Shown here piece after piece: positions 58,105 to 64,000 of a stretch of DNA of 64,000 nt (the first letter of the stretch is position 1; each line of letters begins with the position of its first letter). The notes below the pieces were generated by a model that was not told where the DNA came from, did not search any database, and saw only the letters and a list, made by a program, of their open reading frames with translations. A program made the translations under genes and the position numbers. Source of the stretch: an uncultured Gammaproteobacteria bacterium (lineage in GTDB: Bacteria > Patescibacteriota > Microgenomatia > UBA8517). Location: the NCBI GenBank assembly GCA_964429215.1, contig CAYSAY010000001.1, positions 182,127-246,126 of the forward strand, in the 5' to 3' direction.

Positions 58105-59740
58105 ACTATCTAAAATTGTTTTATTTTTAATTATAGTCTTAGCCTTTGTTTTGAGGGTTTATAATATAACTTCAATTCCACCATCTTTAAACTGGGATGA
58201 GACCTCAATTGGTTATAATGCCTATTCAATTTTAAAGACTGGTAGAGATGAATGGGGTGAGTTTATGCCAGTTCACTTTAAATCGTTTGGTGAGTATAAA
58301 CTCCCCGCACAAATTTATGCCTCAATCCCTGCTATTGCAATTTTTGGTCTAAATGAATTTGGTGTGCGTATTACTCCAGTAATATATGGGACATTATCTG
58401 TGTTACTTTTGTACCTGTTGGTACAGGAACTCTACAAAAAACGAGAGATTTCATTACTATCTGCATTTCTCCTTGCAGTTTCTCCGTGGCACATACAATT
58501 AACGAGAGGATCGTTTGAATCATCATTTTCTCTGTTTTGGTTTTTAATGGGACTTTTACTTTTAGTTAAAGGGTTCAAGAATACCAAGTGGTTAATCGTT
58601 TCAATGCTTCCATTTGTAATTTCAGTCTATACGTATAATACCGCTAGAGTATTTACACCATTATTTTTATTTGTAGTGTATTTAATTAAATATAAATATT
58701 TAATTAAAAATTTTAAATATGCGCTTTTTAGTTTCTTAGTATTTGTGTTTTTGGCAATTCCAATTGTTCCATTTGTTATTTCAGGGGATGCAGCGGCAAG
58801 ATATAAGTTAGTTAGTATTACTGATGATGCTGGATTAATTCCAAGAATTGAAGAGAGAAGAAATCTATCTAAGTCACCAAAAGTGGTGACAAAATTAATT
58901 CACAATAGATATACCTACAATACTGTTTATTTCAGCCAGAATTATATAGCCCATTTTACACCTGACTTTTTGTTTTTTAGTGGAGCAGGGCACAGACAAC
59001 ATCATGTGCAAGGAGTTGGAGAACTGTATTGGATTCAGGCTCCCTTTTTATTGGTTGGATTATATTTTCTGTTAAAAAGAAAGGATATAAGTTTAAAAAT
59101 ATTACTACCGTGGTTATTCTTAGCATTTGTTCCTGTGTCAATGACAAACGATAGTATTCCAAATGCGTTACGTACTCTTATCGCAGTTCCTGTTTATCAA
59201 ATTTTTTCAGCAATTGGTTTTTTTGAAGTCTGGCAAATGGCAAAAAGCAAAAAGCAGAAGACTGTTTTGACACTGGTAGCAATTGCATTATTTGTAATTA
59301 ACATTTTTATGTTTGCAACTAATCTCTATACCCTATACCCTATACGCTATTCTAAAGACTGGCAGTACGGTAATAAGCAAGCAGTGGAGTATATTCAAAA
59401 AAATCAAGACAATTATGACTTAATAGTATTTACGAGAAGTTATGGTGAACCTCATATTTTTACATTATTTAATTTAAAATATGATCCTGCAAAATTTCAG
59501 CAGAGTTCTAATTTAGAAAGATTTGAAACATTTAATTGGGTAAGAGTATTAAGATTTGATAAATATAACTTCCCAGATTTAGGTGATCTTGGAACAAAGT
59601 ATGAAGATATTATTAAAGTAAATCCAGGGAAAAGAATATTATTTATAGGAAAGCCTAATGATTTTCCTGAAAGAGTAAAAATATTAGAAAGGATAAACTT
59701 CTTAGATGGCTCAGAAGCTTTTGAGATTACTACGAACTAA
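58097..59740 (+). CDS. ArnT/PMT-like GT-C membrane glycosyltransferase (copy 2)
   Basis: LRVYNITSIPPSLNWDETSIGYNAYSILKTGRDEWGEFMP. Confidence 0.6.
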   Translation: MNKLSKIVLFLIIVLAFVLRVYNITSIPPSLNWDETSIGYNAYSILKTGRDEWGEFMPVHFKSFGEYKLPAQIYASIPAIAIFGLNEFGVRITPVIYGTLSVLLLYLLVQELYKKREISLLSAFLLAVSPWHIQLTRGSFESSFSLFWFLMGLLLLVKGFKNTKWLIVSMLPFVISVYTYNTARVFTPLFLFVVYLIKYKYLIKNFKYALFSFLVFVFLAIPIVPFVISGDAAARYKLVSITDDAGLIPRIEERRNLSKSPKVVTKLIHNRYTYNTVYFSQNYIAHFTPDFLFFSGAGHRQHHVQGVGELYWIQAPFLLVGLYFLLKRKDISLKILLPWLFLAFVPVSMTNDSIPNALRTLIAVPVYQIFSAIGFFEVWQMAKSKKQKTVLTLVAIALFVINIFMFATNLYTLYPIRYSKDWQYGNKQAVEYIQKNQDNYDLIVFTRSYGEPHIFTLFNLKYDPAKFQQSSNLERFETFNWVRVLRFDKYNFPDLGDLGTKYEDIIKVNPGKRILFIGKPNDFPERVKILERINFLDGSEAFEITTN

Positions 59741-61070
59741 TATTTTTTTGGTTTTAATCTGTTTACTGTTTTTAGTAACTAGATTGTACAAAATTAGTGA
59801 GATTCCTGGCTCTGTTTACTGGGATGAGGCTTCAATTGGTTATAATGCATATTCAGTTTTAACTACAGGTAGAGATGAGTGGGGTGAGTTTATGCCACTA
59901 CATTTTAGGGCGTTTGGCGAATTTAAGTTACCGGTTTATATTTACTCAGTTGCTATTTCAGAGAGTTTGTTTGGCATGAATGTTTTTGCTGTTAGGTTTC
60001 CAGCTGTGATATTTGGTTTGTTGTCAATTGTTGGGTTGTACTTAGTAATAAATAAAATCACTAAGTTAAAGATAGTTGCGCTCTTGAGTTCATTTTTATT
60101 TTCAGTTACGCCTTGGTTTTTTATATTTTCTAGAACTGGTTATGAAGCAGTTAGTGGTCTTGCCTTTTTTATATGGGCGATTTATTTTTTAATTAAGTCG
60201 ATTGAAGAGAAAAATTACTTAGTACTATCTACAATTTTATTTGTTGGGTCTACTTATAGCTACAACAGTTTTCGTATATTAACACCTGTGGTTTTAGGAC
60301 TAGGGCTTTTGTATTTTCTTGTCAGAAAGCACTATGGAGTTGTATTTATGTCAGCATTAATTCTTCTTGCTAGTATGTTTCCTCTTTATAAATTATTTAA
60401 ACAGGATTCAGGTCTATCAAGACTTCAATCAGTGAAATCAACAAGTAATATTGTAAGTAATTACATTAAAAATTATTCTCCTTATTATTTATTTATTGAA
60501 GGGGATACAAATCCAAGAAGCCAAGTACCTTACAAATCACAGTTATATTTTACTGATTCAATCTTCTTGATATTGGGAGTTTTATATATTTTGAAAAGCA
60601 AAAATCCGAAATTGTATTTAGTGTTATGTCTTTTGTTAATTGCCCCAATTCCAGCTGCGATAACAAAGGAAAATCCTCATGCACTGCGAAGTATTTTGAT
60701 GAGTCCTATATTTAGTGTAATATCTGCGCTTGGAATTTATTATCTTTCAAAATCTAGTAAATTATTAATTGTAATTGTAGTTGGTGCTTATTTAATAAGT
60801 TTTGGAAATTATTATTATAAATTTAATACTGAATATAATGATCTGTCAAAATCTGCTTGGCAGTTTGAATACAAAGATATTTTTGAAAAACAGAAAGAAG
60901 GATGCGTGAGTGATGAATTTGCACAGCCATATATATTTGCTCTTTATTACCAAAAAGTAAATCCAAGTGATTTTATTGCCACCCGTGAACTAAATCCTGT
61001 TTCTGACTGGGGCTTTTCAACAGTAAAATCATTTGGTAAATATACATTTCCCAAAATATGCAAAAACTAA
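59706..61070 (+). CDS. ArnT/PMT-like GT-C membrane glycosyltransferase (copy 3)
   Basis: YWDEASIGYNAYSVLTTGRDEWGEFMPLHF. Confidence 0.6.
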   Translation: MAQKLLRLLRTNIFLVLICLLFLVTRLYKISEIPGSVYWDEASIGYNAYSVLTTGRDEWGEFMPLHFRAFGEFKLPVYIYSVAISESLFGMNVFAVRFPAVIFGLLSIVGLYLVINKITKLKIVALLSSFLFSVTPWFFIFSRTGYEAVSGLAFFIWAIYFLIKSIEEKNYLVLSTILFVGSTYSYNSFRILTPVVLGLGLLYFLVRKHYGVVFMSALILLASMFPLYKLFKQDSGLSRLQSVKSTSNIVSNYIKNYSPYYLFIEGDTNPRSQVPYKSQLYFTDSIFLILGVLYILKSKNPKLYLVLCLLLIAPIPAAITKENPHALRSILMSPIFSVISALGIYYLSKSSKLLIVIVVGAYLISFGNYYYKFNTEYNDLSKSAWQFEYKDIFEKQKEGCVSDEFAQPYIFALYYQKVNPSDFIATRELNPVSDWGFSTVKSFGKYTFPKICKN

Positions 61071-62629
61071 CTTACTTTTTTTTGGCATTAATTGTTGCAT
61101 TAGCAGTTTTTTTAAGATTCTGGAAGCTTGATACAATCCCAGCATCTCTTAATTGGGATGAGATTGCAGCAGGATATAATGCATACACCATAGCAAATTG
61201 GGGCGCAGATGAATATGGAAATAAATTTCCCCTTGTTTTTAAATCTTTTGCTGATGACAAACATCCAGTTCATATTTATTTAACTTCAATAGTTGTTAAG
61301 ATATTTGGCCTTTCTGATTTTAATATTCGTGCAACTAGTGCCGGTATAGGGGTGTTGACTGTATTTTTTGTATTTTTTCTTGCAAGAAAACTGTTTGATA
61401 GTAATTTAGTAGGATTATTTGCAGCATTATTTTTGGCGGTTTCGCCTTATCATATTCATTTTTCGAGAGGTCTTTGGGAGAATAACTTTGCATTATTTTT
61501 TCTGGTTGCTGGTCTTTCCTTGATTTACATAGGTTTAAGAAAGTTAAATTACTTTATTCCAGTAGCATTTTTATTTTTTGGACTTTCGTTTTATTCCTAT
61601 CATTCAGCGAAAATCGTTGTTCCATTGGTAGCGTTACTTGCCTGCATTATTAACATTAAAGAGCTGGTTCGAAACAAAACAGTTTTAATTTCTTCAGTTT
61701 TAGTTGTTTTATTTTTTGGACTGCTTTTGATTAAAGATACTAGGATTTTGGGATTTGCGAGGATGAATCAAACAAAGTTTTCAGAGGAACAAATAAAAAC
61801 TGCAGGTGGGAAATATAAATTGATATTTAATAATTATATGAAACATTTTACATATTCTTATCTTTTTGATAAAGGAGATCAAGGTCCTAGAGCATCTGTT
61901 AAAGTTGTTGGTGAATTTTACAAGATTGATCTTGTATTAGCATTTGTTGGATTTTTGTTTCTTGTTTACAGAAAAAAATGGCAAGCATTATCAATCATTT
62001 CATTATGGTTATTATTATCACCAATTCCTAGTTCTGTGTCCTCGGTAGAGCCAAGTGCTATAAGAGGAATATTTATGGTAGTTCCTGTGTTATTACTATC
62101 AGCATATGGTGCAGGAGCTTTAGTATTTTTATTCAAAAATAAATTCCTAAGAGTTGGAATTATTTTGATCGTACTAGGAATTTTAAGTCGTGAAGTAATT
62201 AATTATTTGAATTATTATACAAAAGTGTATCCAATCAAAGAGGCGATTGAGTGGCAATATGGTATGAAACAAATTGTAACCTATGCGGAAAGTAACCCAG
62301 ATATGTATAAGATGTATGTGGATAATATAAGGCAACAGCCCTATATATACTTTTTGTATTATTTGAAAGTTCCACTACCGGAATTACTTGCTAGTGTAAA
62401 ATATGATGAAAGTAATTCGAAAAGTTTTAATACAGTTCTTTCTTTTGATAGATATCAATTTGGTAACTGGAATATTATAGAAAGTTATCCAAATGAAGGA
62501 ATTGTATATGCAGTTACACCAAGTTATTACACAGGTTTAAGATATATACAACAGTTTGACGTTATCAAGTTAATTAAGTATCCTGATAGAAGTGATGCAT
62601 TTTATATAGTAGGAGGACATCAACAATGA
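61058..62629 (+). CDS. ArnT/PMT-like GT-C membrane glycosyltransferase (copy 4)
   Basis: NWDEIAAGYNAYTIANWGADEYGNKFPLVF. Confidence 0.6.
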   Translation: MQKLTYFFLALIVALAVFLRFWKLDTIPASLNWDEIAAGYNAYTIANWGADEYGNKFPLVFKSFADDKHPVHIYLTSIVVKIFGLSDFNIRATSAGIGVLTVFFVFFLARKLFDSNLVGLFAALFLAVSPYHIHFSRGLWENNFALFFLVAGLSLIYIGLRKLNYFIPVAFLFFGLSFYSYHSAKIVVPLVALLACIINIKELVRNKTVLISSVLVVLFFGLLLIKDTRILGFARMNQTKFSEEQIKTAGGKYKLIFNNYMKHFTYSYLFDKGDQGPRASVKVVGEFYKIDLVLAFVGFLFLVYRKKWQALSIISLWLLLSPIPSSVSSVEPSAIRGIFMVVPVLLLSAYGAGALVFLFKNKFLRVGIILIVLGILSREVINYLNYYTKVYPIKEAIEWQYGMKQIVTYAESNPDMYKMYVDNIRQQPYIYFLYYLKVPLPELLASVKYDESNSKSFNTVLSFDRYQFGNWNIIESYPNEGIVYAVTPSYYTGLRYIQQFDVIKLIKYPDRSDAFYIVGGHQQ

Positions 62630-63525
62630 AAAAAGAATTAAAATTATCACAAAGTGACAAGCTACGCTTATCTGTAGTTCAAGCAACAAGAAATGAAGCT
62701 GAAAATATCGAAAGGAACTTGAAATCTGTAAAAGATATCGCCTTTGAAATGATTGTTGTTGATGAGTATTCAACAGATAATACTAAACAACTTGCTGAAA
62801 AAAATGGTGCAAAAGTTTATCTAGAAAAACATCATGATATTTTTCATATTACAAAGCAGAAGGCTATAGATTATGCGACAGGCGATTGGATTTTACAGAT
62901 TGATTCAGATGAAGCTGTTACACCAGAACTAGCTAAAGAAATTAAAAAAGTATTAAATGGAGAAGAAATTGTAATTAATGATCCAAAAAAGAAAAAACTT
63001 TTTGATAAACATCAAGAATTGCTTGCAGAAAGAGATGGAAAATTAGGTAAAGACGAAGGAGAAGTTGTTGCTTATAACGAAATTGTAGCCTATTTTATAC
63101 CTCGAGTAAATATGTTTTTGGGTAGACCATTAATTCATGGAGGGGTTTATCCGGATGGGGTTATAAGACTGTTTAAGAAGGGCAAAGCATGGTTACCGGG
63201 AAAATCAGTTCATGAGCAAATGGAAATAGATGGAAAAGTTGGGTGGCTTAACAATAATCTTCTTCACTATGATTCACCAACACTTTCTAGATATTTTTGG
63301 AGGCTTAACAGATATACAGATGCTCATGCGCTTGAGTTGAAAGTTAATAAAGTTTCTAAGGGGTTAGGTGGTTTTGTTCAATATGTTTTTGTAAAACCTA
63401 TATTTACTTTTTTTAATTTGTTTTTAAGACATAAAGGTTTTAAGGATGGAGTAAATGGATTTTTATGGAGTTTTTTCTCTGCCCTTCATTTTCCCATAGC
63501 TTATTTTAAATATATAACTTCTTGA
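62626..63525 (+). CDS. Glycosyltransferase family 2 (paralog of 40392 and 41296)
   Basis: LSVVQATRNEAENIERNLKSV...EMIVVDEYSTDNT...IDSDE. Confidence 0.65.
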   Translation: MKKELKLSQSDKLRLSVVQATRNEAENIERNLKSVKDIAFEMIVVDEYSTDNTKQLAEKNGAKVYLEKHHDIFHITKQKAIDYATGDWILQIDSDEAVTPELAKEIKKVLNGEEIVINDPKKKKLFDKHQELLAERDGKLGKDEGEVVAYNEIVAYFIPRVNMFLGRPLIHGGVYPDGVIRLFKKGKAWLPGKSVHEQMEIDGKVGWLNNNLLHYDSPTLSRYFWRLNRYTDAHALELKVNKVSKGLGGFVQYVFVKPIFTFFNLFLRHKGFKDGVNGFLWSFFSALHFPIAYFKYITS

Positions 63526-63556
63526 CACCTGTCAGAATTCTGTCATAATTATGACA
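63522..63556 (+). promoter_or_regulatory. Toxin-antitoxin promoter (TTGACA-N16-CATAAT) overlapping the palindromic operator TGTCATAATTATGACA
   Basis: Perfect 16-bp palindrome at 63541-63556; near-palindrome TGTCAGAATTCTGTCA immediately upstream; -35 hexamer at 63522-63527. Confidence 0.5.
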
Positions 63557-63578
63557 TATGACGCAACAATTAATTACT

Positions 63579-63842
63579 ATGGAATCATTTGCTTCGGTTC
63601 AAGAGGCTCAGGCAGGAATTACTAAACTATTTGCTAAAGCTAAAGATAAAGGCAAATTTGTAAGAGTAATGAGAAATCAAGAACCTCTCGGTGTATTAAT
63701 ACCAAATAATATTTGGGAATCACTTCTTGAAGATATTGAAGCTTTATCTAGCCCAAATTATATTAAAGCGATTTCTGATTCTCGAAAATCTAAAAGAACT
63801 TATTCTTCAGATGAAGTAAAAGATATATTAAGTTATAATTAA
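63579..63842 (+). CDS. Phd/YefM-family type II antitoxin
   Basis: MESFASVQEAQAGITKLF...VRVMRNQEPLGVLIPNNIWESLLEDIEAL follows the YefM/Phd pattern. Start chosen at the second Met by alignment. Confidence 0.65.
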   Translation: MESFASVQEAQAGITKLFAKAKDKGKFVRVMRNQEPLGVLIPNNIWESLLEDIEALSSPNYIKAISDSRKSKRTYSSDEVKDILSYN

Positions 63843-63846
63843 TTAG

Positions 63847-64000
63847 TGTATTCTTACGAATTCAAAATTAAAGCATTAAAACAGCTTAAGAAATTGGATA
63901 GACCTGTTCAGAAAAAGATTATTGAGAAGTTGGATCAAGTATCTAAAGAAGAAGTGTTGTTTAGTAATAAAAGATTAACTAAATTTAAAATTGGGTCTTT
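63847..64000 (+). CDS. RelE/ParE-family toxin (3'-truncated by the window end)
   Basis: YSYEFKIKALKQLKKLDRPVQKKIIEKLDQVSKE...KRLTKFKIG matches the RelE/ParE N-terminal pattern. Begins 4 nt after the antitoxin stop. Confidence 0.55.

Noticed and set aside
1-64000. Alternative genetic code (UGA recoding, as in some AT-rich CPR lineages)
   Set aside because: TGA terminates well-defined genes exactly where paralogs or families end and participates in ATGA and GTGA stop/start overlaps (for example 14631-14634, 26597-26600, 41296-41300). No conserved protein requires read-through of TGA.

Overview
The window is AT-rich, tightly packed and mostly plus-strand, with frequent 4-nt ATGA start/stop overlaps and no rRNA, tRNA or CRISPR. 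TGA is used as a stop, so the standard genetic code applies. The gene content (sortases, GT-C and GT2 glycosyltransferases, few housekeeping genes) resembles a CPR/Patescibacteria-like or other small Gram-positive-type genome.

The window is almost entirely a cell-envelope island with three parts.

1. 1-9.4 kb, surface-protein locus: two sortases (TLYTCSGF active-site motif), a truncated substrate with an LAFTG sorting signal, and four paralogous secreted repeat proteins of an unrecognised family (NG..S.N / TGDN.A.DNTGGD..V.TGDA modules with paired Cys). One of these carries a Pro/Thr-rich tandem-repeat linker. Two of them lie in inverted orientation and share a conserved promoter and leader element. 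A CAP/SCP-domain membrane protein follows.

2. 9.7-22.6 kb, nucleotide-sugar supply: galU, an MFS transporter, and a CDP-6-deoxyhexose set (rfbF, rfbG, RmlC-like epimerase, RmlD-like reductase). Also present are a NUDIX hydrolase, several GT2 enzymes including a two-domain GT2, and an isolated minus-strand trmD. A single-gene island of much higher GC, with Proteobacteria-like codon usage, a strong Shine-Dalgarno sequence and its own terminator, sits between 12.65 and 13.86 kb.

3. 23-63.5 kb, glycosyltransferase supercluster: about 17 polytopic membrane proteins, most ArnT/PMT-like (GT-C-type) with an Asp-Glu/Asp-Gln loop motif. Several are tandem paralog arrays (3x, 4x, 2x), and two inverted paralogs of an unknown 'FW..G.DG.WH' family bracket the central block. 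With them are three DPM1-like polyprenol-phosphate-sugar synthases (one fused to a GtrA domain), a Wzx-like flippase, a YfhO-family protein, GT2/GT4 enzymes, a methyltransferase and an SDR. Embedded in the cluster are NrnA (a DHH phosphoesterase), a Bro-N phage-antirepressor-like gene and a split GT-C pseudogene candidate.

The window ends with a Phd/YefM-RelE/ParE toxin-antitoxin pair whose promoter overlaps a perfect 16-bp palindromic operator.

The most interesting candidate system is this hyper-expanded, modular glycosylation machinery (Gtr-like: polyprenol-P-sugar synthase + flippase + GT-C), sitting next to sortase-anchored repeat proteins with Pro/Thr-rich linkers.
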